A stretch of 64,000 nucleotides of DNA from Minisyncoccota bacterium (GCA_021734995.1 JAIPHX010000003.1:11969-75968), one strand, 5' to 3'; positions 26,057 to 37,014 are shown, counted from the stretch's first letter. The notes: a model not told the origin generated them from the letters alone. Numbers and translations are program-made.

Positions 26057-27804
26057 TGTTTTTGCTTCTGATTTCTTTTTTGGGTGGCGTATTGACTGTC
26101 TTGGCCCCCTGTATTTTACCACTTTTACCTGTGATTGTTGGAGGTTCTTTTGATGATACAAATGTAAACAAAAAGAAAGCATTGACTATTGTATTGTCTT
26201 TGGGTGTATCTGTAATTTTGTTTACTTTTATTTTAAAAGTTAGTACAGCTTTTATTGATATACCAGAATATACTTGGAAATTAATTTCAGGAAGTATTGT
26301 TTTGTTTTTAGGTATTACTACACTGTTTCCATCTTTATGGGAAAATAAATTCTTGGCTAAGTTGAGTGCTAGATCAAACATTCTTCTGGGAAAAGGTAAT
26401 CAAAAAAATAATTTTTGGGGAGATGTCATTGTAGGAGCTTCTCTTGGTCCGATATTTTCTACTTGTAGTCCTACATATTTTATCGTCTTAGCAACAGTGC
26501 TTCCGGTCAGTTTCTTTTTAGGTACTATTTACCTACTTGCTTACGTATTAGGTCTTTGCCTTTCTTTGTTTTTGATTGCTATTTTGGGGCAAAAGCTTGT
26601 ACAAAAGCTTGGCTTTAGTGCTGATCCAAATGGAATCTTCAAAAAAGTATTGGCTGTACTATTTATCTTAGTAGGTATTAGTATTTTGACTGGATTGGAT
26701 AAAAAGATTGAAACAAGTATTTTGAATGGTAATTATTTTGATGTCACCAAAATAGAGCAAGCTCTTTTGGAAAAGAAAAATGAAATGGAGGTAAATCAGT
26801 CTAATGAAGAGATAAACTCAGAAATAGAAAATAAAGCTGGGCTAGAAGCATTAGAAAAAATAGATGAGCCAACAATTATAAAAAAGAAAGGAGAGCGACC
26901 TCTGAAAGCTCCAGAGTTTAGCTCTATTGACGGGTATATCAATACAGAAGGTAAAATTGTTACATTAGAAAGTCTAAAAGGCAAGATTGTGCTTTTAGAT
27001 ATATGGACGTATAGCTGTATAAATTGTCAAAGAACTTTGCCGTATTTGAATTCTTGGTATGAAAAATATAGAGAAAATGGATTAGAGATAGTAGGGTTGC
27101 ATACTCCAGAATTTAGTTTTGAAAAAAATAAAAGCAATGTAGAAAATGCAGTGAAAAAATTTGGTATAAAATATCCTGTCTTTATGGATAATGATTATTC
27201 CACTTGGCGAGCATTAGGTAATCAATACTGGCCTAGAAAATATTTGATTGATGCTCAAGGATACATTATATATGACCATATAGGAGAAGGAGCTTATGAG
27301 GAAACAGAAAAAGCTATTCAAGAAGCATTGTCAGAGATAAATACAGAAAAAATAGTTGCTAAAAAAGTTCAGGCACCAAATATTGTAGATGTGAATTCTC
27401 GTAAAATAAAAAGTCATGAGACATATTTTGGTTATTCTCGTAATGAATATCTTTCCAATGGTGTAGCTTCTAAGTCTGGCGAACAAAATCTTTATTTACC
27501 AGAAAACATCTTACCAAATAAATTATATTTAGATGGGACTTGGTTTTTTAGTTCTGAATATGCTGAAAATCTTAGTAATGCCCTTATTGTATTCAACTTT
27601 GAAGCAAAGAATGTATATATGACAGCAGAATCCGAAAAGGGAGTAGATATAGAGATATACAAAGATAATGTTTTTGTGAAAAAAATAAACATTAAAAATG
27701 CTGGTCTTTATGATCTTATCTCAGGAGAAGATTATAATCAGCATACTTTGAAAATAAAGGCATTAGGTAATGGGTTAAAGGCCTTTACTTTTACTTTTGG
27801 ATAA
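26056..27804 (+). CDS. CcdA/DsbD-type transmembrane thiol-disulfide transfer domain fused to TlpA/ResA-like thioredoxin and an extra C-terminal domain
   Basis: LAPCILPLLPV (CcdA CxxP motif region). WTYSCINCQRTLPYL redoxin CxxC. About 170 aa of beta-rich C-terminal extension. Confidence 0.65.
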   Translation: MFLLLISFLGGVLTVLAPCILPLLPVIVGGSFDDTNVNKKKALTIVLSLGVSVILFTFILKVSTAFIDIPEYTWKLISGSIVLFLGITTLFPSLWENKFLAKLSARSNILLGKGNQKNNFWGDVIVGASLGPIFSTCSPTYFIVLATVLPVSFFLGTIYLLAYVLGLCLSLFLIAILGQKLVQKLGFSADPNGIFKKVLAVLFILVGISILTGLDKKIETSILNGNYFDVTKIEQALLEKKNEMEVNQSNEEINSEIENKAGLEALEKIDEPTIIKKKGERPLKAPEFSSIDGYINTEGKIVTLESLKGKIVLLDIWTYSCINCQRTLPYLNSWYEKYRENGLEIVGLHTPEFSFEKNKSNVENAVKKFGIKYPVFMDNDYSTWRALGNQYWPRKYLIDAQGYIIYDHIGEGAYEETEKAIQEALSEINTEKIVAKKVQAPNIVDVNSRKIKSHETYFGYSRNEYLSNGVASKSGEQNLYLPENILPNKLYLDGTWFFSSEYAENLSNALIVFNFEAKNVYMTAESEKGVDIEIYKDNVFVKKINIKNAGLYDLISGEDYNQHTLKIKALGNGLKAFTFTFG

Positions 27805-27832
27805 ATATTAGATTAAGCTATAATATTTAGAT

Positions 27833-28741
27833 ATGGAAGGAAATATCAAACCAAATGTAGAAAATTTATATAAGCCAAACAAAGAGAAGATTGATAAATT
27901 TATTGACCAATTTTTGTTAGAAGAAAAAAGGATAAACGAAGTTTTATTTGGTTTTTTTGGTTTAGATGCAGACGTATTATCTGAAGAAGAAAAAGAAAAT
28001 TTTATTTCCTATGCTGGATACGCTTTGAAAAGAGTTGTAAATAATGCTTTGCATGAAGAAGGTTTTGATGTTCGTGAATCAGGAAATTATCTTGATAACA
28101 ACCGTTTAAAACGTAAATATAAAGATATTTTTATGCATGATCTTGCTCATACTGTTGTCACACAATATTTGACCAATACTAAAGAATTTAACTCATCTTT
28201 TTTTAAGGGTGAAAATAATAATGTTATTCTAATAAAAGAAGAATTAATGTCTTTGCTTTTTTTTAATCCATTATCCAATAGACCGATACCATTAATGTTG
28301 TTAAAAGAAAAAACTAAAACTATATTAAAAAATATTTTAGCAAAGAATTATTTCCATGCAGATATGCTTTTAAACAAAGAATCACTTTTTCTTAGAATGA
28401 AAGAATTTGATCCTGCTAAAGATTCTCTGGAAACATTTAAAGATATTTACAAAGATATTGTCTATATTTTGGTTGCAAATATTGATGTGGAATATATTCC
28501 TGCAATTAAGGAATTAAAAAAGGTATCAAAAGAAAACAATGATGATGTTTTTATAAAATTTACGGATGATCTTTTAGAAAAAATATTTAATGAATATAAA
28601 GAAAATGAATTATTGTATTCTGAAAAAGAAACATATTCAACAAGATTATTGTATAATACTTTTATACAGATTTGTGGACCATCAATAAAAAAGGCTAGAA
28701 TAATCAAATCAAGAGTAAAAAAAGAAGAAAACAATGATTAA
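27833..28741 (+). CDS. Hypothetical protein
   Basis: A 302-aa ORF with no recognised motif. Confidence 0.4.
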   Translation: MEGNIKPNVENLYKPNKEKIDKFIDQFLLEEKRINEVLFGFFGLDADVLSEEEKENFISYAGYALKRVVNNALHEEGFDVRESGNYLDNNRLKRKYKDIFMHDLAHTVVTQYLTNTKEFNSSFFKGENNNVILIKEELMSLLFFNPLSNRPIPLMLLKEKTKTILKNILAKNYFHADMLLNKESLFLRMKEFDPAKDSLETFKDIYKDIVYILVANIDVEYIPAIKELKKVSKENNDDVFIKFTDDLLEKIFNEYKENELLYSEKETYSTRLLYNTFIQICGPSIKKARIIKSRVKKEENND

Positions 28742-29201
28742 TTTATCAAACATTCTTATACTAGATATTGTCGGGTTGTTCATTTTGTTGGCTGGTTTTA
28801 TCATTGGCCTCGGTGCTGTGACAGTGATAGACATTCATGGTTTTTTGGGTCGCAAATCTTCGTACTGGACTGTCGCTACTACTCGCACACATAAAGTCAC
28901 TAAGCCACTTATTTGGTGTGGTATATTTTTAGTTATAATAGGTGGTTTGATTTTCTATAGAAATGATACTGTTTCTGTAATACCATTCATTCATTTAGGA
29001 TGTTCCATTTTGCTGATTTTAAATGGATTATTTTTGTCATTCAGAGTAAGCCCTTTTTTACTGCAGAGAGAAAAAGATAGTAGAGATGGAGAATTATTAC
29101 CAACTTCATGGCAAACAAAAATCATATTTAGTTTGATTTTATCTGATATTCTTTGGTGGGGAAGTTTGTTGCTTTTGGTTATTTATGTATTACAAAAATA
29201 A
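28734..29201 (+). CDS. Hypothetical membrane protein (4 TM)
   Basis: Hydrophobic segments throughout. Overlaps the upstream gene by 8 nt. Confidence 0.4.
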   Translation: MINLSNILILDIVGLFILLAGFIIGLGAVTVIDIHGFLGRKSSYWTVATTRTHKVTKPLIWCGIFLVIIGGLIFYRNDTVSVIPFIHLGCSILLILNGLFLSFRVSPFLLQREKDSRDGELLPTSWQTKIIFSLILSDILWWGSLLLLVIYVLQK

Positions 29202-29241
29202 TATCTGGCCCATGTATTTGTACTTTTTTAGTTTATAAAAA

Positions 29242-29754
29242 ATGAAAAATAAAACAGTAAAGGTGAACGACAAAATGCAAAAAAGTTATTCTTATGTTTT
29301 GTCTGAACCAATAGGTAAAAACTTTCATCCAGATTTCAAGCCAGATCTTTCTCCAAAGCAAATGCTTGCATTGGGAGTATTCGGTGGAAAATATATGAAT
29401 GATTGCAAAAAAGAGTTTCCAAGTAGTTGGTTTCAAAAAGCAAAATTGTCTCTTTTAAAATCTGACCCAAAATTAAACTTTTTTAAAATTTCTGCTAGTC
29501 AATCTTTAACTGAATGGAAAAAAAATGGGTGGATAAATAGAGAGCATGATCCAAGGGGATGGTTTCAATGGTATTGTAGATATTATATGGGGAGACGTAT
29601 CCCAAAAGAAGATGAAAGGCAAATTAAAAGATGGAGAATGATCGCAAGACACATTGCTCAAATTAAAAAAAATTGCAGAGTGGGTGATATATTTTGTCGC
29701 AGAAGGCAAAGACAGGCAGTTCTTCATTGGGCTTATGATTCTAGAAAGATTTAA
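29242..29754 (+). CDS. Hypothetical basic Trp/Arg-rich protein
   Basis: A 170-aa ORF. GWFQWYCRYYMGRRIP...RWRMIARH. No confident family. Confidence 0.35.
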   Translation: MKNKTVKVNDKMQKSYSYVLSEPIGKNFHPDFKPDLSPKQMLALGVFGGKYMNDCKKEFPSSWFQKAKLSLLKSDPKLNFFKISASQSLTEWKKNGWINREHDPRGWFQWYCRYYMGRRIPKEDERQIKRWRMIARHIAQIKKNCRVGDIFCRRRQRQAVLHWAYDSRKI

Positions 29755-29857
29755 ATATAGACGAAGGTGTTCATTAAATATATTCTATGTTTAGATTTTT
29801 AGGGTTGTTTTTTTTGCGTGTGCTTTGCTATTTTTTTGAATGTGGTAAAATGTATAT

Positions 29858-30661
29858 ATGCATATAAAACATAAACTTCTCATTACTTTTGGGATATTAG
29901 CTTTCTTGGCTATAAATGTTCTTGTTTTTAACTATATTTATATTGACAAAGTGCAGGAGGTAGAAGCTCCATCTTTCGCTTTTGATTATTATTTAGAAGA
30001 AGTAGAAGATGAGTATTTTACCGGATCTTATCCTGTGGTTTCTGGGTATGCTTTGGTGTCAAAAGAAGCATTTACTTATGTAAAAAATACCATAGAAAAT
30101 TTCCGCAAGGAAGCATATGATTCATCTTCTATTATAAAAGAAGAAGCTGATGACACAGAAGTGAAAGAAGGAGAAGTGAAAGAATCTAAAACAGAAAATA
30201 CTGAAACAGAAAACACTACACCTATTTCAAATTATTCAATAAACATGGGAGCTAATTATTTTGCAGGAAATGTGATTGAGACTGTTGTGATTGGTACAGG
30301 GATATATACAGGTGGAGCAAACGGTACTAGTTTTTACAAAACTTTCTCTTCTTTCAAAAATGGTGAAGTGTTGCTTTCTATAGAAGATATTATAAAAAAA
30401 GACAAGCAAAATGATTTTGTAAATTTAGTAAAAAATAAATTAGCAGTATGGAATCCAGAAGATTTTCCTGTAGAAGATGGAGAATCTCCTCTTTTTGAAG
30501 ATGCTGTCGATTCTCTTTCTCTTGGCGATCTTACCTCTTGGGCAATAGATAAAGATGAGTTTGTTTTATATTTTGATGAATACCAGATAGGCCCAGGAGC
30601 TCTTGGGGCTATCTCATTTCCAATACCACTTTCGGAGGTATCAAATTTTTTGAGTTTTTAA
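29858..30661 (+). CDS. Hypothetical membrane-anchored extracytoplasmic protein
   Basis: N-terminal TM/signal anchor and an acidic T/E-rich linker. Confidence 0.4.
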   Translation: MHIKHKLLITFGILAFLAINVLVFNYIYIDKVQEVEAPSFAFDYYLEEVEDEYFTGSYPVVSGYALVSKEAFTYVKNTIENFRKEAYDSSSIIKEEADDTEVKEGEVKESKTENTETENTTPISNYSINMGANYFAGNVIETVVIGTGIYTGGANGTSFYKTFSSFKNGEVLLSIEDIIKKDKQNDFVNLVKNKLAVWNPEDFPVEDGESPLFEDAVDSLSLGDLTSWAIDKDEFVLYFDEYQIGPGALGAISFPIPLSEVSNFLSF

Positions 30662-30670
30662 TTCACAATA

Positions 30671-31873
30671 ATGCCTTCGCAAAAAAATAGCCATTCTAAA
30701 ATAAAAAGAGTGACCAGAAGTTTTCACTTTTGGATTTTTGTGATTGTATTATCTTTTGTTTTCATAATTATCTCTATTTTCCCTCAGCTTCTTGGTCTGA
30801 AGGCCTATTATAAAAATGAAAACTTTTTTGTGGCTTCAAATAAAAAAGAAGAGCCAATAGTGCCAAAAATACCACCGCTTGATAAAGCTCTGTATGATCA
30901 GAAGTTGGAAGCTCTCGCCAACAATCCTATACCTGAGCCAGTAGTAGAACCTACAACACAAACATCAAATACAGATACAAATCAAAATGTTCAAAAAAAA
31001 GTAGAATTAGATAAAAATACAGAAGTGCAAAATGTTCCGATAAAAAAACCAAACCTTTGGCCCGTGAAGACTGTCTATCCAAAAGATGGAGCAATCCTAC
31101 CTTTCAAAAGAATAATTGCATATTATGGAAATCTGTATTCTACGAGAATGGGGGTATTGGGAGAATATAAAGAAGAAGAAATGTTTGCTCTTTTACAAAA
31201 AGAGCTAGACAAGTGGAATATTGCTGATCCCTCTACTCCTGCTATACCAGCCCTGCATTATATAGTGACCACTGCTCAGCTTAGTGCTGGTAAAGATGGA
31301 AAGTATCGTTTACGCATGCCTGATAGTGAAATTCAAAAAGTTTTGACTATGGCACAAAAAATAGATGCGATTGTTTTTCTTGATGTTCAAGTGGGTTTTT
31401 CTACTTTACAAGAGGAGCTTCCTTTGCTTGAAAAATATTTAAAACTGCCTAATGTGCACCTAGGTATAGATCCTGAGTTTTCTATGAAGGGGGATATAAG
31501 ACCAGGAAAAATTGTAGGTACTTTTGATGCGATGGATATCAATTACGCAATAGATTTCTTGGCAAAGATTGTACAGGAAAATGATCTTACTCCAAAAGTT
31601 TTAGTTATTCATAGATATACCCAAAAAATGGTGACAAACTACAAAACAATAAAAACATTACCTGAAGTGCAGATTGTCATGCATATGGATGGTTGGGGGC
31701 CGAAAGCAAAAAAGTTGAATACTTATAAACAATTTGTTTATAAAGAACCAGTACAATTTGCTGGATTTAAAATATTTTATAAAAATGATCTTTTGGAACC
31801 AAGCAAATCTTTGATAACTCCAGAAGAATTAATGCAGATTACCCCAATTCCGATATATATTCAGTATCAGTAG
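30671..31873 (+). CDS. Hypothetical membrane-anchored extracytoplasmic protein
   Basis: N-terminal TM and a 400-aa extracytoplasmic-looking domain. Confidence 0.4.
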   Translation: MPSQKNSHSKIKRVTRSFHFWIFVIVLSFVFIIISIFPQLLGLKAYYKNENFFVASNKKEEPIVPKIPPLDKALYDQKLEALANNPIPEPVVEPTTQTSNTDTNQNVQKKVELDKNTEVQNVPIKKPNLWPVKTVYPKDGAILPFKRIIAYYGNLYSTRMGVLGEYKEEEMFALLQKELDKWNIADPSTPAIPALHYIVTTAQLSAGKDGKYRLRMPDSEIQKVLTMAQKIDAIVFLDVQVGFSTLQEELPLLEKYLKLPNVHLGIDPEFSMKGDIRPGKIVGTFDAMDINYAIDFLAKIVQENDLTPKVLVIHRYTQKMVTNYKTIKTLPEVQIVMHMDGWGPKAKKLNTYKQFVYKEPVQFAGFKIFYKNDLLEPSKSLITPEELMQITPIPIYIQYQ

Positions 31874-31963
31874 TTTTATTATGATATAATACTTGATAGT
31901 TTATTAGTATGTTTTAATAGATGCTTGGATATTTTGATATATTAAAATATTTAATTAAATTTT

Positions 31964-32365
31964 ATGTCGTCATTAGAATTTTCAAAAAGTGAAAAGAAAA
32001 GATTTTCTCTAATAGCTAGAATTAAAAGTGCCAATCACGCATGGAGAGGCGTTAAGATTATGTTTTCTGCTGGGCATAATGTACGTTTGTATATGTTATT
32101 CCTAATCGCAGTAATTTATCTGGGTTATGCTCTATGTATTTCTTCTTTAGAGTGGGTTGCGTTGGTTATTGTTATTGGTCTAGTATTTGTTACTGAAGCA
32201 ATCAATACTGCTATTGAGATACACATGGATCTTACTTCACCTGAATTTCATCCCCACGCTAGAGATACAAAAGATGTATCTGCAGGAGCTTCACTTTTGG
32301 CGGTCTTTACAGCTGTGATTGTTGGCCTTATTATTTTTTTACCAAAAGTTATTGTTTTATTATAA
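31964..32365 (+). CDS. dgkA: Diacylglycerol kinase / undecaprenol kinase family (DgkA)
   Basis: A 133-aa three-TM protein with EAINTAIE and SAGAS motifs of prokaryotic DAGK. Confidence 0.7.
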   Translation: MSSLEFSKSEKKRFSLIARIKSANHAWRGVKIMFSAGHNVRLYMLFLIAVIYLGYALCISSLEWVALVIVIGLVFVTEAINTAIEIHMDLTSPEFHPHARDTKDVSAGASLLAVFTAVIVGLIIFLPKVIVLL

Positions 32366-32383
32366 TTTTAAATTTATTAAAAA

Positions 32384-32731
32384 ATGTTCAAATTAAATAG
32401 AGGAAATGTTTTGGGTTTGTTTTTGGGTTTTGTAGTAATTTGGTTTGGGATCCAAGAAGTGTCTGATCCAAAAGGTTGGGTATCTTTCGTCCCTTCTTTT
32501 ATTGATGTGGGAGTAAGTGCGACCAATCTTGTGATGATCCATGGAGTAGTGTTGATAATAGCCGGAGCATCTTTGATACTAAATTGGTACAGAAAATGGT
32601 CATCCTTGGTAGTTTTTGTCTTGCTGGTAAATATTGTAGTTACTATTGTTCAATCTAAAGGCTTAAATGCAATAGCTGTGAGAGATATTGGGCTTATGGG
32701 TATGGCGCTTGCTTTGTTTTTGAGAGATTAA
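32384..32731 (+). CDS. Small membrane protein (DoxX-like?)
   Basis: A 115-aa protein with 3-4 TM helices. Confidence 0.35.
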   Translation: MFKLNRGNVLGLFLGFVVIWFGIQEVSDPKGWVSFVPSFIDVGVSATNLVMIHGVVLIIAGASLILNWYRKWSSLVVFVLLVNIVVTIVQSKGLNAIAVRDIGLMGMALALFLRD

Positions 32732-32753
32732 AAAATATGTTATAATCCTTACT

Positions 32754-33155
32754 ATGAATACACAAGTTAAAATTTTTTTGGGAGTTATTGCAGTCCTTGT
32801 GCTTGGCACAGTTGTGACTGTCTTTGTGCGTGGTGGGGCGGAAAATGTTGCCAGTTCTAAACCTTCTGGTTATTACGATCAATTTGCTCAATGTCTGACT
32901 GATCAAGGAGCTGTCTTTTATGGAACTTTTTGGTGTCCTCATTGTCAAAATCAAAAAAGAATGTTTGGAAGTTCTGTAAAATTTGTAAATTATGTAGAAT
33001 GTTCTACACCTGATGCTCAGAAGACTACACCTATTTGTATTGAAAAAGAAATAAAAGGATATCCTACTTGGGAATTTGCAGATGGTTCTAGATTGAGTGG
33101 AGAGATTCCATTAGCAACTTTAGCAGAAAAGACATCTTGTGAATTACCGCTATGA
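32754..33155 (+). CDS. Secreted thioredoxin-like disulfide oxidoreductase (DsbA/BdbD-like partner of DsbB)
   Basis: N-terminal TM and FWCPHCQNQ CxxC. Immediately upstream of, and overlapping, the DsbB-like gene. Confidence 0.6.
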   Translation: MNTQVKIFLGVIAVLVLGTVVTVFVRGGAENVASSKPSGYYDQFAQCLTDQGAVFYGTFWCPHCQNQKRMFGSSVKFVNYVECSTPDAQKTTPICIEKEIKGYPTWEFADGSRLSGEIPLATLAEKTSCELPL

Positions 33156-33709
33156 TGAGTTTTGAAGCAGTACACAATCTAAATGTTTTTCTTGGTATTG
33201 GAATTATTATTATCCAGTTTTTTTCTGTTCTAGCTTTATTTATTTTATTTTTTGGTCCAAAGAAAAATTCTTTTCTTGATTTTATAGACAAACATTTTTT
33301 GATTTTAGGTTTTCTGATATCTTTGTTTTCAGCATTGTTCTCTATGGTATATTCTGAGATTGTCGGTTTTTTGCCTTGTATGTTGTGTTGGTATCAAAGA
33401 ATCTTTATTTTTCCACAAGTATTTTTGTTTGGAATGGCTTTGTGGAACAAAGATCGTAAAGTAATCCACTATTCAATTCCATTACTTTTGGTAGGATTCG
33501 TGATTAGTGCATATCAAGTGCTGGTGTATTATTTTACAGAAAGTTCTACATTACCTTGCGATGCTTCAGGAGTATCCTGTTATCAGCATTTAGTATCTGA
33601 ATTTGGTGGATATATATCAATACCAATGATGGGGCTTACTGTATTCATATCAATGCTTGCACTCGTGTCTGTGGTGCACTTTTACGGTAAAAGAAAGTTA
33701 CTAGATTAA
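33152..33709 (+). CDS. Disulfide bond formation protein B (DsbB/BdbC family)
   Basis: LPCMLCWYQR CxxC in the first periplasmic loop. A second Cys pair (PCDASGVSCY). 4 TM helices. Confidence 0.6.
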   Translation: MMSFEAVHNLNVFLGIGIIIIQFFSVLALFILFFGPKKNSFLDFIDKHFLILGFLISLFSALFSMVYSEIVGFLPCMLCWYQRIFIFPQVFLFGMALWNKDRKVIHYSIPLLLVGFVISAYQVLVYYFTESSTLPCDASGVSCYQHLVSEFGGYISIPMMGLTVFISMLALVSVVHFYGKRKLLD

Positions 33710-33719
33710 TCTCAACAAT

Positions 33720-33986
33720 ATGAAAGATTTAATTCCAGCAAAAAAAGAAGATATTTCTCGTTTCAAGAGTGTTTTGTCTGAGCAAGCCAAAGGTTATGTG
33801 CTTGGAGGGCTTGGGGTAGTAGCAGGTCTAGCGTGGAACGAAGCAATTAAATCTTTGATTGATATGCTTTTTAATTTCTCTCGAGATAGTGTGTGGGCAA
33901 AATTTATTTATGCAGTGATGATTACTGTGGTAGTTATTATTGTTGGGAAATATATTTTTAGGGCTTCTAAAGACGATAAAAAATAA
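33720..33986 (+). CDS. Small hypothetical membrane protein
   Basis: An 88-aa ORF with 2 TM segments. Confidence 0.3.
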   Translation: MKDLIPAKKEDISRFKSVLSEQAKGYVLGGLGVVAGLAWNEAIKSLIDMLFNFSRDSVWAKFIYAVMITVVVIIVGKYIFRASKDDKK

Positions 33987-35531
33987 ATGGACAAAAAAGA
34001 GTGGCAGATTTTGATAATAGATTTGGGTTCTCAATATACTGAGATAATTAGAAGGAGCTTGCGGTATCTTGGAGTTCACTCTGTAGTTATTTCCGCAGAA
34101 AATACTTTAGAATATATAAATGATTTTAAACCTAAAGGAATAATTCTTTCAGGTGGAAGCGCAAGCGTTTACGAACCAGAAGCCCCTCAAATACCTAGTG
34201 AGATTTTGAATAGTGGTATTCCTATTTTAGGAATATGTTTTGGTATGCAGTGGATTGCTTATATGAGTGACAAAGATTCTGTGCATAGAGTACAGTCTGG
34301 TAAGTCTTATGGTCCTGTGGAGATAAATTTTTCTAATAAAATAACAAGTCCTTTAATTAACGAGCTTGAAAATACCATTAAAGCTTGGGCAAGTCATGGA
34401 GATTCTGTCAAAAAAGCACCAAATGATTTTGAGGTTTTTGCTACTTCTGAAAATGGACAAGTGATAGAAGGAATGCAAAATCTAGATAAAAATATATTTG
34501 GCGTCCAATTTCATCCAGAGGTAGAGCAGACTGAAGATAACAACAAGATCTTAGCTAATTTTATATTTAATGTATGCGAAGTTGTTAAAGATTATTCCAA
34601 AAAAGAAATTGTAGATGAGATAAGAACAAAAACCTTAAAAGAACTTGGTGACGGGGTAGCAATTATTGGGGTATCAGGAGGAGTAGATTCTACTACCTTA
34701 GCAGCTATTCTTGCCCCCACTTTAGGAGATAGGATAAAAGCTTTTATGATAGATACTGGAGGAATGAGAGAAGGTGAAATTCAAAAAGTACAAAATATGT
34801 GTCAAAAAGCAGGTATTGATATACTTATTATTGATAAGTATGTAGATAAATTTATAAATGAGGTTGGGCAGACTATTGATGCAGAAGAAAAAAGAGCAAA
34901 GTTCAGAAAAGTATATGGTGAGGTTTTTAAAGAAGTGGCAAAAGAATATAATGCAACACACATGATACAGGGGACTCTTGCTACTGATCTTATAGAGTCT
35001 GGTAGTAAAGGAAACTCTGCGATGATTAAAACACATCATAATGTAAATTTAGACCTTGGGCTAAAAGAGATTATGCCATTGGAAGACTTTTTTAAATTTG
35101 AAGTTAGAGATCTTGCTTTTGAATTTGGTCTTGAAGAATTGGTTGTAAAAAGACAGCCTTTCCCTGGCCCTGGTTTATTTTTGAGAATAGTAGGGGTACC
35201 TGTGAATAAGGAACTTTTGGAAATAGTGCGTGAAGCAGATGTAGAAGTTTCTAAAATTTTAGAAAAATATTCTGTTTATGAAAAAATATCTCAAGTAGTA
35301 GTAGCCCTTTTAGGAGTTAAAACAGTAGGGGTAAAAGGAGATGGTAGAGTATATGAATACAGTATAGTGGTGCGTCCAGTGGAAACTACAGATTTTATGA
35401 CAGTAAAAGGATTTTATTTAAGAGAAGAGATTTGCCAGGAGATTATCGCCGTACTTACAAGACATCCAAAAATCGCGAGAGTGTTTTTTGATTTTACTCC
35501 CAAACCTCCTGCTACAACAGAATTTGAATAG
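33987..35531 (+). CDS. guaA: GMP synthase (glutamine-hydrolysing)
   Basis: GATase GICFGMQ...HPE. ATP-PPase P-loop SGGVDS. C-terminal dimerisation domain. Confidence 0.85.
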   Translation: MDKKEWQILIIDLGSQYTEIIRRSLRYLGVHSVVISAENTLEYINDFKPKGIILSGGSASVYEPEAPQIPSEILNSGIPILGICFGMQWIAYMSDKDSVHRVQSGKSYGPVEINFSNKITSPLINELENTIKAWASHGDSVKKAPNDFEVFATSENGQVIEGMQNLDKNIFGVQFHPEVEQTEDNNKILANFIFNVCEVVKDYSKKEIVDEIRTKTLKELGDGVAIIGVSGGVDSTTLAAILAPTLGDRIKAFMIDTGGMREGEIQKVQNMCQKAGIDILIIDKYVDKFINEVGQTIDAEEKRAKFRKVYGEVFKEVAKEYNATHMIQGTLATDLIESGSKGNSAMIKTHHNVNLDLGLKEIMPLEDFFKFEVRDLAFEFGLEELVVKRQPFPGPGLFLRIVGVPVNKELLEIVREADVEVSKILEKYSVYEKISQVVVALLGVKTVGVKGDGRVYEYSIVVRPVETTDFMTVKGFYLREEICQEIIAVLTRHPKIARVFFDFTPKPPATTEFE

Positions 35532-35543
35532 ATATATAATCAT

Positions 35544-36269
35544 ATGCAAGAATTTTCTCTAAAAAGTATTGAAAAAGATATCTTAGCTAAAGGTGATAAA
35601 AATAAAGCTCAAGTTTTTCAGAGATTTTTTAAAACTGGGAAAGGGGAATATGGCTATGGAGATGTTTTTATTGGTATTACCGTTCCTGAATCTAGAAAAA
35701 TTGCGTCAAAATACATGGGGGTCTCTTTGAAAACAGTAGAAGGACTTTTGAAAAACAAAATTCATGAAGTACGACTGATTGCATTAATAATATTGGTCAA
35801 TCAATATAAAAAAGGAGATGCTTTTCAAAAAGAAAAAATAAAAGATTTTTATTTAAAAAACACAAAACATGTCAATAATTGGGATTTGGTAGATACTTCA
35901 GCATACAATATCTTGGGTAAATATTTAACTGAAACAAAAAATAAAACAAAAGATGGATTTGATGTTTTACTACATCTATCAGACTCCAAAAATTTATGGG
36001 AACAAAGAATTGCAGTCGTGGCTACTTTTGCTTTTATTAAGAATAATGATTTGAAACACATTTTTGTACTAGCTGAGAAATTTTTGAATCATAAGCATGA
36101 TTTGATACATAAGGCGGTGGGTTGGATGTTGCGAGAAGCAGGGAAAAGAGACTTGGATAAACTTTTGAAGTTTTTGAATAAAAATGTAAAAAAGATGCCT
36201 CGCACTATGCTTCGATATTCAATAGAAAAGTTACCAGAAAAACAAAGATTGGATTATTTAAAAAAATAA
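35544..36269 (+). CDS. DNA alkylation repair protein (AlkD/AlkC-like HEAT-repeat glycosylase family)
   Basis: QRFFKTGKGEYGYGDVFIGITVP...WDLVD...IAVVATF matches the DNA_alkylation (PF08713) pattern. Confidence 0.6.
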   Translation: MQEFSLKSIEKDILAKGDKNKAQVFQRFFKTGKGEYGYGDVFIGITVPESRKIASKYMGVSLKTVEGLLKNKIHEVRLIALIILVNQYKKGDAFQKEKIKDFYLKNTKHVNNWDLVDTSAYNILGKYLTETKNKTKDGFDVLLHLSDSKNLWEQRIAVVATFAFIKNNDLKHIFVLAEKFLNHKHDLIHKAVGWMLREAGKRDLDKLLKFLNKNVKKMPRTMLRYSIEKLPEKQRLDYLKK

Positions 36270-36293
36270 AATTTTATAAAAAATATTAAAAAA

Positions 36294-36953
36294 ATGTCTA
36301 AAGTTTTAAAAAATAATATACAAAATACTTGGAAAAAAAAAGAATTTTCTTTTTTAAAAAGATTGAATACTCCAGCCAAGATTCAAGATTTTTTAGAAAA
36401 GATACCTTTTAATTTTGAAAAAAATGGAATAGATACTATAAAATCACCCATTAGGACTTTCAGAGAAAATAATGCGCATTGTTTTGAAGGAGCCTTGCTT
36501 GGTGCTTATATTTTATCCTTGCATGGTTTTCCATCTCTTTTGTTGCATTTAAAAGTCACAGGCGGAGATATGGATCATGTTATCGCCCCTTTTAAAATAA
36601 ATGGATATTGGGGAGCTTTATCTAAGACCAATCATGCTGTGTTACGTTACCGTGAGCCAGTGTATAAAAACATAAGGGAGCTTGTGATGTCTTATTTCCA
36701 CGAATATTTTTTGGATAATGGACAAAAAACTTTAAGACAATATTCTAAAGTACTTAATCTAAATATTTTTGAAAAAGATTGGGTGACTGACTCAGAAGAT
36801 TTGTGGGGGATTGATGAAGAACTTGATAATATAGCGCATTATGATGTTTTACCAAAAAATCTTGTTTCAAAAAAAGTTTCAAAAAAAATATCTTTGCGTA
36901 AAGCGGATAGGGTAGAGATCTTAGCTAGTAGAATTGAACAATATAAAAAATAG
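36294..36953 (+). CDS. Hypothetical protein (possible Cys-His-Asp transglutaminase/protease-like fold)
   Basis: A 219-aa ORF. The conserved-looking residues CFEGALLGAY...DMDHVIAP are weak evidence. Confidence 0.35.
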   Translation: MSKVLKNNIQNTWKKKEFSFLKRLNTPAKIQDFLEKIPFNFEKNGIDTIKSPIRTFRENNAHCFEGALLGAYILSLHGFPSLLLHLKVTGGDMDHVIAPFKINGYWGALSKTNHAVLRYREPVYKNIRELVMSYFHEYFLDNGQKTLRQYSKVLNLNIFEKDWVTDSEDLWGIDEELDNIAHYDVLPKNLVSKKVSKKISLRKADRVEILASRIEQYKK

Positions 36954-37014
36954 CTTTGGTTTTAGAATAGCTTTTTTTGTGTTAAGGTATGTTATTTAAA
37001 AAGTTTTAAGATTT